A DNA stretch of 64,000 nt from positions 99,741-163,740 of the forward strand of contig CABMHR010000001.1 of NCBI GenBank assembly GCA_902386025.1, written 5' to 3'. Positions 53,527 through 61,796 of the stretch are shown here, in pieces; positions within the stretch are counted from its first letter, which is position 1, and each line of letters starts with the position of its first letter. The DNA is from an uncultured archaeon. GTDB taxonomy: Archaea; Nanobdellota; Nanobdellia; Pacearchaeales; GW2011-AR1. Under the pieces are notes generated by a model. The model made no database searches and was not told the DNA's origin. It saw only the letters and a list, made by a program, of their open reading frames with translations. A program made the position numbers and the translations under genes.

Positions 53527-53934
53527 TTATTTCTTGGCTTTTGCTTTGCTTCCTTTAGTTGCTCCTACTCCTGCATTGCTGTGCTTTACTTTCATTCTTG
53601 TTGGTGCGAATTCTCCTAATCTATGCCCCAGCATTTCTTTCGTGATTTCAACAGGGAAAAATTCGTGCCCGTTGTGAATGAGTATCTTCAATCCGACTAA
53701 CTGGGGAACAATAACCAATGCTCTATTGTGAGTTTTTATCTGCTTGTTCTTTTCTGTTTTTCTTTTTGTTCTGCTAACGAAATCTTCAATTTCCTGAAAC
53801 TGCCTTAAAGCAGCTCTTCTCTGCCTTGATTTCAAGTATTTTGCAAATTCACGAACATCTAAAGTTTTCAACTCGTCAATTGATTTTCCTTTGTATGTGA
53901 ATGCTTTTTTGTTTGATGTTATTATTTCTGCCAT
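53527..53934 (-). CDS. rps19: 30S ribosomal protein uS19
   Basis: HNGHEFFPVEITKEMLGHRLGEFAPTR. Confidence 0.9.
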   Translation of the reverse strand: MAEIITSNKKAFTYKGKSIDELKTLDVREFAKYLKSRQRRAALRQFQEIEDFVSRTKRKTEKNKQIKTHNRALVIVPQLVGLKILIHNGHEFFPVEITKEMLGHRLGEFAPTRMKVKHSNAGVGATKGSKAKAKK

Positions 53935-53935
53935 T

Positions 53936-54637
53936 TTATCTCTTTCTCCTTCCTGTTCTTGCAGGGCGTATTAATCCAACTCTTGCTCCTGCAGGGGCAT
54001 TTCTCTTTGCAATCTTGCTCTTGATTCTCTTTCCTCTACCAGAACCGAATGGGTGGTCTATTGCATTCATCTTGACTGCAGAAGTTCTCGGCCACAATTT
54101 ATTTCTTGTTTTCTTGATATAAAAACTCTTACCTGCCTTCACAATCGGCTTGTCTAATCTTCCGCTTCCAGCGACGCTGCCAACGATTGCCCTGCATTTT
54201 TGGTTGAATTTCTTTTCTTTCTTTGAAGGCATTAATACGAACACATCATCTCCGAAAATTCTGTTTACAACAGCATAGCTTCCTGCTGTTTTTATGAAAA
54301 CTCCGCCGTCTCCTGGGCGGGATTCTATGTCATAAACTTTTGTCTTTATCGGAATATCTTTTAATCTCATTATGTTCCCGTCTTTTACTTCTTTTCCTTC
54401 AAAGCTTATTTTCTGCCCCTCAATCATTCCGTTGAATGCAGGGATGTGGAAACATTCGCCGTTGTATTTTATCTTCGCCAAAGGAGCAGTGTGCCCTGAA
54501 GAATTAATCAATTCAGCAACTTCCCCTTCTCCGATTAATGCTCTTGGATATTTGAGCCTGATTCTGAAAGCGCTTCTTCTTACTCTGTAGCTGAAGCTTC
54601 CGTGCCCTCGTGCCTGAACAATTATTCTTTTTCCCAT
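53936..54637 (-). CDS. rpl2: 50S ribosomal protein uL2
   Basis: MGKRIIVQARGHGSFSYR..., NAIDHPFGSGRG. Confidence 0.95.
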   Translation of the reverse strand: MGKRIIVQARGHGSFSYRVRRSAFRIRLKYPRALIGEGEVAELINSSGHTAPLAKIKYNGECFHIPAFNGMIEGQKISFEGKEVKDGNIMRLKDIPIKTKVYDIESRPGDGGVFIKTAGSYAVVNRIFGDDVFVLMPSKKEKKFNQKCRAIVGSVAGSGRLDKPIVKAGKSFYIKKTRNKLWPRTSAVKMNAIDHPFGSGRGKRIKSKIAKRNAPAGARVGLIRPARTGRRKR

Positions 54638-54641
54638 GTTA

Positions 54642-54884
54642 TTATATTAATCCCAATTTCGTTGCTACATCAATAGCAGGAAATTCTTTTTTTAATTTAA
54701 CATAAACATATTTCTTATTCCCTTGCACAAGTGTTCTAAGATTCTGAATCTTGACTTTGAAAAGATTTTCAATTTCATTTTTTATTTCTGTTTTTGTTTT
54801 CTCTTTTTCAGTTTCAAATGTAAGAACATTCTGGCTTTCTATCAGCATTACTGCTTTTTCTGTTACAATCGGCTTGATATTCAT
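54642..54884 (-). CDS. rpl23: 50S ribosomal protein uL23
   Basis: MNIKPIVTEKAVMLIESQNVLTFE.... The ATG at 54884 forms an ATGA overlap with the stop of orphan ORF A. The track start at 54929 adds 15 unlikely residues. Confidence 0.85.
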   Translation of the reverse strand: MNIKPIVTEKAVMLIESQNVLTFETEKEKTKTEIKNEIENLFKVKIQNLRTLVQGNKKYVYVKLKKEFPAIDVATKLGLI

Positions 54885-55192
54885 TTTATCTTTCCCTCCA
54901 TTGAAGCATTTTTTATTTCTCTCATGCATCTTCCCAAAAGTCCGCTGAATTTAATCTGCGTTTCATAATTTTTATTAAATTTTGCAGTTATTGATTTAAA
55001 ATATCCTCCAAACATTCTCAAATAAGTGTTTGTTAATTCAGGACGCTCTTTAACTACTTTGCATCCTTCTTTTTTAGTATAATCAACATCCACTAACAAA
55101 TCAACAAGCCCAGCAATAGTGAAGCAATCCACTTCTGGATATGTACCAAGTCTTGATTCAACAAAATTCTCTAGTTCTGCATCTTTGCTCAT
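54881..55192 (-). CDS. Orphan small ORF A (103 aa) inserted between rpl4 and rpl23
   Basis: MSKDAELENFVESRLGTYPEVDCFTIAGLVDLLVDVDYTKKEGCKVVKERPELTN.... ATGA overlaps with the rpl4 stop and the rpl23 start. No family recognised. Confidence 0.6.
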   Translation of the reverse strand: MSKDAELENFVESRLGTYPEVDCFTIAGLVDLLVDVDYTKKEGCKVVKERPELTNTYLRMFGGYFKSITAKFNKNYETQIKFSGLLGRCMREIKNASMEGKIK

Positions 55193-55986
55193 TTTATTTT
55201 TTCTCCAATTTCTTTAATTGCGTTTTCAGTATACATTGTCAATCTTCCAACTCCGCCGTTTGCCAAGTCAGTCACATTTAATCCCTTGGCTTTTTTGACA
55301 TCAATCACATTTGTCTTAAATTTTTCCTTTTCTCCTATAACCAAAAGAAGCCCTGCACTTTTCTTGTATTTTCTTCCTCTTAATTTTCCAATTCCGCTTC
55401 TTACTTTTCTCTGCTTTAATGAAACTTCAAACAAATTTTCTCCAAGTATTTTTTCAAGGCTTAATATTAAATCTTTTACCTTAAGAGAAAGAAGTTTTGG
55501 CTCTACAATAAAAGGCAGCCCTGAAATCTTTTTTCCATTCAATCTTTCATATCTTTCAGAAACAAGTTTTTCATTTCCTGTTGCGCTTAATGCAGATTTC
55601 AGTGCAATTTCTATCTCCTTTTTGTTTATTTTCTTTGTATTAATCATTGACTCAATCTTCGGAGGATGAGCCCTTCTTCCGCCTTTTGCATTTGGAATTT
55701 CTGCACCAACCCAGTTAAACTGGCTTCCTCTTCTTGACATAATTTTTCTTGGAACTCTTGAAATTCCTTTTCCCTGCATAGTCTTCCACACATTTCTTGT
55801 GTGCTGAATATTTCCGCTTGCAGAATGCTGCTTTCCTGCAACAGGCGACGGAGAATACGGCTGTCTCACTTTCTTGGCTTCCAGAACTTTTGAAACAATA
55901 TCTTCTCTTATTTTTTCAGAGAAAGCAGGAGGGAGTTCAATGCTTCCTTTTTCTTTTCCGTTAATATCTAAAATTTTTGCTTTCAT
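55189..55986 (-). CDS. rpl4: 50S ribosomal protein uL4
   Basis: RQPYSPSPVAGKQHSASGNIQHTRNVWKTMQGKGISRVPRK. Confidence 0.9.
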   Translation of the reverse strand: MKAKILDINGKEKGSIELPPAFSEKIREDIVSKVLEAKKVRQPYSPSPVAGKQHSASGNIQHTRNVWKTMQGKGISRVPRKIMSRRGSQFNWVGAEIPNAKGGRRAHPPKIESMINTKKINKKEIEIALKSALSATGNEKLVSERYERLNGKKISGLPFIVEPKLLSLKVKDLILSLEKILGENLFEVSLKQRKVRSGIGKLRGRKYKKSAGLLLVIGEKEKFKTNVIDVKKAKGLNVTDLANGGVGRLTMYTENAIKEIGEKIK

Positions 55987-56924
55987 CTTAACTCCAATAA
56001 TTCAAAATTCTTTTTTAATTGTTTTTTTGTTGCTCTCAACGGAGAAGTAACAAGCAGCTGCCTCTTTGCAGGGCCCTGAACACTTCCTGCTGTGATTATA
56101 TAATCTGTCTTGATGTCTCCGAAATTTCTTATTCCTTTAAATTTGTCCTCTGCTTTTCCTATTCCAATTATTTTGTTGTTGTAAGTAACTCTTGTGAACA
56201 TTCCAATCTGTCCTGCCATTGGCGCTCTGAAAGTTGTTCTTCCGGGATGGAATGAACCCAATGCTCCTGGGCGTCTCTGTCCTTTTTCTGACTTATGAGA
56301 TTTAAGAGTTATTCCAAATCTTTTTACAGGCCCCTGAAATCCTTTTCCCTTTGTCAGTCCTCTGAAATCAACAAGGTTCCCCTTTTCAAAAATATTTGAA
56401 ATCAAAATTTCTTTTCCTAAATTTTCCTTGATGAATTTTATCTTGTCTTCAAAATCTCCGCCGATTGCAATCTCGCTCAAATCAGGAGTTTTCTTTATGT
56501 TTGTTTTCTTTACAACAGAATAGCACAATGCTCTTGCGTCATCATAATCTCCCTTGAATTCTTCTGTCTTCTTTGCGTTCTTTGGGAATTTTACTTTTCT
56601 CTTTAATTCCTTGTCAATGTTTTCGGCAAGAACATCTTTTGCAACTTTTCCATTTTTGTATAATCTTACAGAGAATATTTTCATAGCAGGGCATTCAAGA
56701 ATTGTAACCGGAACAACAATTTTCTTCCCTTTAGTCATTGAATCAGGAGTATCATCCTTTACAAAAGCAGAAGCCATTCCTGCCTTGTAGCAGATAAATC
56801 CTTTAAGCTTTTTATTAGAATCAGACTTTACAGCATTCCAGTTAGGACTAGGCAGAATCTTTTTGGCTCGTTTTCTCGGCCAGTACTGCATGCTTCCTTT
56901 TCTTGGTGAATTTGGTGGTGCCAT
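55983..56924 (-). CDS. rpl3: 50S ribosomal protein uL3
   Basis: MAPPNSPRKGSMQYWPRKRAKK..., GKGFQGPVKRFG. Confidence 0.95.
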   Translation of the reverse strand: MAPPNSPRKGSMQYWPRKRAKKILPSPNWNAVKSDSNKKLKGFICYKAGMASAFVKDDTPDSMTKGKKIVVPVTILECPAMKIFSVRLYKNGKVAKDVLAENIDKELKRKVKFPKNAKKTEEFKGDYDDARALCYSVVKKTNIKKTPDLSEIAIGGDFEDKIKFIKENLGKEILISNIFEKGNLVDFRGLTKGKGFQGPVKRFGITLKSHKSEKGQRRPGALGSFHPGRTTFRAPMAGQIGMFTRVTYNNKIIGIGKAEDKFKGIRNFGDIKTDYIITAGSVQGPAKRQLLVTSPLRATKKQLKKNFELLELR

Positions 56925-57054
56925 ATTTTATATTTGTCAATAGCGGATATCATTTTAACTAACCCTGGATAAAATATGTAGAAAAAACAGGTTTTTAAAT
57001 GTTATGAAGACAACCGATAGACAGATTTTTAAAATATATCCTGCTTATTAAACG

Positions 57055-57219
57055 ATGGGGAGAATAGTTACAAAATACTGCTGGATTGGAGTTCCTTCTG
57101 TCATTTTTGGAGCAGTTCTCTTTGCAATAAACCCCTTTAGTTTCTTATCTGGATTGTTTTTTGCAATAGGCGGGACAATAATTACATTGAACTTATTAGG
57201 GCGATTGAAGAAGTGGTGA
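57055..57219 (+). CDS. Possible 54-aa two-TM mini-protein (below ORF-track cutoff)
   Basis: Hand translation: MGRIVTKYCWIGVPSVIFGAVLFAINPFSFLSGLFFAIGGTIITLNLLGRLKKW. Two hydrophobic helices. No other support. Confidence 0.3.
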   Translation: MGRIVTKYCWIGVPSVIFGAVLFAINPFSFLSGLFFAIGGTIITLNLLGRLKKW

Positions 57220-57236
57220 ATAAGAATAAAAATTAT

Positions 57237-57941
57237 TTATGCCTCGAACTTGGCTTCTTCCTTTGTCTCTTTCCCATCAATAACTGCTTTTCTTACAATT
57301 CTCCCTTTTCTTAAGGATTTTTCCCTGACTACTGCGAAATCTTTTTCGTTCTTTATCTCATCCGGAATTACAATTTCATCTATAAAGAAATCATGTCCTA
57401 TCTCTGCAAGTTTAAAATCTGCCTTTTCCCAGACAAAGCTTTTTGCTATTTTCTCGTCGCTTGTTGTTAATTTGCAGAAATCAGGATTTGGAGCTTCATC
57501 CTTGTTTTTCGGTTTGGCGGATTTCGGAGCCTTTGCTTTTATTTTCAAAACATCCCCGCCTGCAGAAAAACTAAGTGCAAAAAATACTTTTGGGAATTTT
57601 TTAATCAGGTTTATTATTTCATTTCCGCCCATTTCCTTGTCAATAACATATTGTTTGATTCCCATAAACTGCTTTTTATTCTGAAAATCAATTTCTTTTC
57701 CTAAATCTGTTGTGGAAATTATAGCTCCTGTAACTTTTGTCTTCTCATTCCCTAATTTTTCAGCGACTAACCCTACAAATTCGTTCGCAAATTCAGAAGT
57801 TGTTGATATTGTGTAATTATTTTTTACTTTCTTGGCTTTAATCATCGCCCTGTTTCTGAACTCCCCCCTGCTGAATTTTTGAAACTGCAGATGCACATCT
57901 TCGTCGGGAGTTTTGTCAAACACCTTTTTTATAAAATTCAT
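57237..57941 (-). CDS. Hypothetical protein (234 aa) immediately upstream of the r-protein cluster
   Basis: Clean ORF on the same strand as rpl3. No family recognised by eye. Confidence 0.55.
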   Translation of the reverse strand: MNFIKKVFDKTPDEDVHLQFQKFSRGEFRNRAMIKAKKVKNNYTISTTSEFANEFVGLVAEKLGNEKTKVTGAIISTTDLGKEIDFQNKKQFMGIKQYVIDKEMGGNEIINLIKKFPKVFFALSFSAGGDVLKIKAKAPKSAKPKNKDEAPNPDFCKLTTSDEKIAKSFVWEKADFKLAEIGHDFFIDEIVIPDEIKNEKDFAVVREKSLRKGRIVRKAVIDGKETKEEAKFEA

Positions 57942-58043
57942 AGGATATTCTGCCGATTTTTGCTTATAAACCTTTTCAAATTAATATTGTTCTGCATCAT
58001 ATATTTTAGAAGAGTTTTTAAATTTCTTTTACCACTAAATTCT

Positions 58044-59075
58044 ATGGATGAAGCATATTTTAGGAAAGCAACTACTATCGCAATTCTTGGGGTGCTGATT
58101 GTATTGTCTTTCTTTATGCTAAAACCTCTTTTATTGTCAATAATCGGAGGATTTATCCTTGCATTTATTTTTTCTCCTCTTTACAACAAATTATTCAAAT
58201 GGACAAAATCAAGAACCCTTTCTGCAATGATAATCTGCACTTCTCTGCTTTTGCTGATACTTGCCTTTATCTGGTTTTTCACTCCGACAATAGTGAATGA
58301 ATCAATCAAGATTTACAGAGCATCACAGCAGCTGAATGTTGTGGATTTGCTGAAAAAGGTGCTTCCTTTTCTGTTTAATTCCCAAGAATCTTCACAGCAG
58401 TTTGGTTCAATAATACAGACTTTCATAACTAAGATAACAAATTCTCTGATGAATTATTTTTCAAATCTAATCTTAGATTTCCCGACAATCCTTCTTAAGA
58501 TATTTGTTGTATTCTTTACATTTTATTATGCTCTTCGCGACAGGGATAAATTAACTGATTACATAAAGAACTTATTGCCTTTCTCAGACGATGTTGTCAA
58601 GAAACTATTCACTTCAACAAGAGATATAACTACCTCTGTTCTGTTCGGGCAGGTGATTATCGGAGTTGTTCAAGCATTAATTTTAGCAGCAGGATTTTTC
58701 ATATTCGGAGTTCCAAACGCTTGGGTTTTATCTATTGTTGCAATAGTAGGATGCATCCTGCCTATAATCGGCCCGACATTCATCGGACTTCCAGTAGCAG
58801 TATTTCTTTTAATAGCAGGAAACACTTTCTCTGCAGCAGGAGTTATTGTATTCACTGTCCTGTCTCATCTTTCTGACCACGTGACTCGCCCATTGTTTGT
58901 TGCAAAAAGAGCAAAGCTTCACACGGCAATAGCTTTAATAGGAATGATTGGCGGATTCTTGCTTTTCGGAGTTTTGGGATTTGTCCTTGGCCCGCTGATA
59001 ATTGCATACTTAATAATAATTATAGAGATTTACAAGAATAAATCTTCTCCTGGACTTTTAATTCAAAAAGCTTAA
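58044..59075 (+). CDS. AI-2E family transporter (PerM/UPF0118-like permease)
   Basis: About 8 TM segments. FTFYYALRD ..., PIIGPTFIGLPVAVFLL, GFLLFGVLGFVLGPLI. Start moved to the ATG at 58044, because the track start at 57879 overlaps the convergent-upstream gene and encodes a non-protein-like leader. Confidence 0.7.
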   Translation: MDEAYFRKATTIAILGVLIVLSFFMLKPLLLSIIGGFILAFIFSPLYNKLFKWTKSRTLSAMIICTSLLLLILAFIWFFTPTIVNESIKIYRASQQLNVVDLLKKVLPFLFNSQESSQQFGSIIQTFITKITNSLMNYFSNLILDFPTILLKIFVVFFTFYYALRDRDKLTDYIKNLLPFSDDVVKKLFTSTRDITTSVLFGQVIIGVVQALILAAGFFIFGVPNAWVLSIVAIVGCILPIIGPTFIGLPVAVFLLIAGNTFSAAGVIVFTVLSHLSDHVTRPLFVAKRAKLHTAIALIGMIGGFLLFGVLGFVLGPLIIAYLIIIIEIYKNKSSPGLLIQKA

Positions 59076-59117
59076 ACAAGTAAATATAAAAAATACATTT
59101 CTTTCTATATTAAAAAG

Positions 59118-60596
59118 ATGGAATTAAAAGTAAAAGTTCTAAAATGGGCTGCAGGGTTTCCTGTAGCAATGCTGAATGAAAATACTGCTAACATTATCGG
59201 AGTAAAGACAAAAGGAAGAATCTTAATTCAGACTCTTTCTAAAAATCCGTCGAGTGTTTCTACAATAATAGACACTGTCTCAACTCTTGTAGGAAAAGAT
59301 GAAATTGCAATTTCTCAAGAACTTAAAGAGAGGTTAAATCTAAAGCATCATCAAAAAGTTGATGTTGATTTGTCTCCTGTTCCAAAAAGCCTGACTTTTA
59401 TAAAGAAGAAATTAAACGGGGAAATGCTAACTCAAAGCGAAATCAATGAAATAATAAAAGATGTGATAAACAATTCTCTTTCTGAAGCTGAAATAGCACT
59501 TTTCATTTCTGCAATGTATGAAAAAGGCATGAAGCCGAAGGAAACAATTTTTCTTATAAATTCAATTTTAAATTCAGGACAGAGATTAAATCTGAAAGGG
59601 AAAAATATTGTTGACAAACATTCTATAGGAGGAATTCCTGGAAACAGAACAACTCCAATTGTTGTTTCAATCTGTGCTGCAGCAGGATTAATCTTTCCCA
59701 AATCTTCTTCAAGAGCAATAACAACAGCTGCAGGAACAGCAGATGTCATAGAGACAGTTGCAGATGTTGAATTTTCAATGAAAGAACTTAAAAATATTGT
59801 GAAGAAAACAGGAGCCTGTTTAATTTGGGGCGGTTCATTGGAGATTGTTCCTGCAGACGAGAAGATAATCTCAATAGAAAAAATGCTTAACATAGACCCA
59901 GAATCCCAGCTTCTTGCGTCAATTATGTCAAAAAAACTTGCATTGGGAGCAAAGCACATTCTTATTGATATTCCCTATGGGAAGACAGCAAAAGTAAGCA
60001 GGGAAAAAGCATTAAAACTTAAATCAAAATTTGAATATCTTGGAAATCATTTCAACAGAAATATGAAAGTTGTTCTGACAAGAGGAGATGAGCCTATCGG
60101 CAACGGAATAGGCCCAGTATTGGAAATGAGGGATATCATTAAAGTTTTAAGCAATTCTCCCAATCGCCCTCTTGATTTGGAAAAGAAATCTTTGTTCCTT
60201 GCAGGAGAGATTTTTGAAATGACAAGAAAGGTAAAAAAAGGAAAAGGAATAGAATTTGCAAAAAAGATTCTTTATTCTGGAAAAGCATTTGAAAAATTCA
60301 AGGAAATAATAAAAGCCCAGAATGGAAATCTGAAAAGATTAAAAACAGCTAAGTTCCAGAAAGATGTTTTAATGAAAAGAGAAGGAAAAATATCAGAGAT
60401 AGACAACAAAAAGATAAATTTTCTTGCAAGAATATCCGGCTGTCCAATGGATAAATCAGCAGGGCTTTATTTATACAAGCACGTTGGAGACAAGCTGGAA
60501 AAAGGAGAGAAAATACTTACAATTTATTCCGAATCAAAAGCTCGGCTTAGAGAATCATTTAACTTTTATATAAGCCAAAAACCCATAAAATTCTGA
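59118..60596 (+). CDS. deoA: AMP phosphorylase / archaeal thymidine-phosphorylase-family enzyme
   Basis: N-terminal extra domain (MELKVKVLKWAAGFPVAMLNENTA), DKHSIGGIPGNRTTPI, and TTAAGTADVIE are typical of nucleoside phosphorylase family II, archaeal AMPpase type. Confidence 0.8.
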   Translation: MELKVKVLKWAAGFPVAMLNENTANIIGVKTKGRILIQTLSKNPSSVSTIIDTVSTLVGKDEIAISQELKERLNLKHHQKVDVDLSPVPKSLTFIKKKLNGEMLTQSEINEIIKDVINNSLSEAEIALFISAMYEKGMKPKETIFLINSILNSGQRLNLKGKNIVDKHSIGGIPGNRTTPIVVSICAAAGLIFPKSSSRAITTAAGTADVIETVADVEFSMKELKNIVKKTGACLIWGGSLEIVPADEKIISIEKMLNIDPESQLLASIMSKKLALGAKHILIDIPYGKTAKVSREKALKLKSKFEYLGNHFNRNMKVVLTRGDEPIGNGIGPVLEMRDIIKVLSNSPNRPLDLEKKSLFLAGEIFEMTRKVKKGKGIEFAKKILYSGKAFEKFKEIIKAQNGNLKRLKTAKFQKDVLMKREGKISEIDNKKINFLARISGCPMDKSAGLYLYKHVGDKLEKGEKILTIYSESKARLRESFNFYISQKPIKF

Positions 60597-60605
60597 AACA
60601 ACTAA

Positions 60606-60615
60606 TTTTTTAAAC
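60606..60615 (+). promoter_or_regulatory. TATA-box-like element (TTTTTTAAAC) about 25 nt upstream of the ATG at 60636
   Basis: Same 10-mer and spacing as at 40569-40578. Confidence 0.4.
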
Positions 60616-60635
60616 CCTTTTTATGTAGAATAGGC

Positions 60636-60914
60636 ATGGTTGAAAATACTTACAAGACAAAACTTGTTGAATATGCGAAGAAAAACCTGAAAAAAGGATA
60701 CCCTGTTGACACTCTTAGAATCGCTTTGATTAATCAAGGCTACTCACGCCCTACTGTTGATGAATCAATCAAGGAAGCAATCAAACTTTTAGCATCAGAG
60801 GCTCCTGTAATCAAGGAAAAACCACAGATAGAACATGAAGTTGTTGCTGAAGATGAAGTTCCTGTTGTTGAAGTCAAGAAATCTTTCTGGAAGAAATTAT
60901 TCGGAAAGAAATAA
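60636..60914 (+). CDS. Hypothetical small protein (92 aa)
   Basis: Clean ORF with a TATA-like box upstream. No family recognised. Confidence 0.5.
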   Translation: MVENTYKTKLVEYAKKNLKKGYPVDTLRIALINQGYSRPTVDESIKEAIKLLASEAPVIKEKPQIEHEVVAEDEVPVVEVKKSFWKKLFGKK

Positions 60915-60927
60915 TTAATTATAATTA

Positions 60928-61527
60928 TTAAATAAGATATCTAAAATCTTGAATATCAATTTTAATCTTCTTACTGCAAATATTCCATAGGCGGTTTGAT
61001 AAGGTAAAAGCAGACTTCCTTCTTTTATCTGTGAAGTAAATTAAAACTAACTCTTTGTCTTTTGCAACTTCTTTCATAATTGGAGCAAAATCTGTGTCTG
61101 CAGTCATAAATAAAATTTTGTCAATTGAATTATCTATGGAAAATTTAACTAAGTCCATAGTTATCAAAGTATCTACTCCTTTTTGACAATAGTCATTTTT
61201 TATTTTTTGGCATCTGCCTTCTCTTATGATTAATTGTGGGTGCTTTATCTGTTTTAGTTTTGAAATAAATTTGTCATAATTTGCTTTTCGTTCATTTTCT
61301 TCTTTTGTTGGAATCGGATTTTGATATGGCGGAGCAGTATAGAAATAAACTAAATCACATTCACAACCTGATTTATTGGAGATATTTTTCACAAAATCTT
61401 CAATTTTAAACTTCAAATGTTTCCCGCCCCCAAGAAACTTTGTAATAAAAGATAAATATCCAGAATCTATCAAGAAAACGGCTCTTTTTTTCATATTAAA
61501 AAGCATCAGGCAACCCTTGCGGATCAC
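60928..61527 (-). CDS. NYN/LabA-like (PIN-related) domain protein
   Basis: AVFLIDSGYL ... QKGVDTLITMDLV ... ILFMTADTDFAPIM match the acidic-residue pattern of NYN/DUF88 nucleases. GTG start at 61527, or ATG at 61494. Confidence 0.65.
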   Translation of the reverse strand: MIRKGCLMLFNMKKRAVFLIDSGYLSFITKFLGGGKHLKFKIEDFVKNISNKSGCECDLVYFYTAPPYQNPIPTKEENERKANYDKFISKLKQIKHPQLIIREGRCQKIKNDYCQKGVDTLITMDLVKFSIDNSIDKILFMTADTDFAPIMKEVAKDKELVLIYFTDKRRKSAFTLSNRLWNICSKKIKIDIQDFRYLI

Positions 61528-61648
61528 CTGGGATTATGTTAATATTTTAACTATTCCCGCATTTTTAAACATTTGGCTTGCTCTTTTTAAGTTATCTGTA
61601 GAGACATAGTAAGTTTTAAAACCTATCAATTAATTTATAACCCTGTAA

Positions 61649-61728
61649 GCCTCCGTGGCACAATGGTACTGCACTCGCCTTGAGAGCGAGGCCTTTACGG
61701 CTTCCAGGTTCGATTCCTGGCGGGGGCG
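61649..61728 (+). tRNA. tRNA-Ser (anticodon UGA), long variable arm, no encoded CCA
   Basis: Hand-folded cloverleaf. Acceptor GCCTCCG/CGGGGGC (one G-U pair). Anticodon stem CTCGC/GCGAG with loop CTTGAGA. Variable arm GCC-TTTAC-GGC. T-arm CCAGG-TTCGATT-CCTGG. Discriminator G. Confidence 0.85.
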
Positions 61729-61796
61729 TTCCGTAGTTATGAGAACGCCATACCTAAAATTGCTGATTTTTTTCAGCATTTAGGTTCTATAATGGT

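Noticed and set aside
54885-54929. 15-codon N-terminal extension of rpl23 in the track (MHERNKKCFNGGKDK).
   Set aside because: It overlaps orphan ORF A. The conserved uL23 N-terminus (MNIKPIVTEKA) starts at 54884 with an ATGA coupling.
57879-58043. N-terminal 55 residues of the tracked 398-aa permease ORF.
   Set aside because: This segment overlaps the 5' end of the minus-strand gene 57237..57941 and reads as non-protein-like (MKLQMHIFVGSFVKHLFYKIHRIFCRFLL...). The ATG at 58044 gives a normal AI-2E-type N-terminus.
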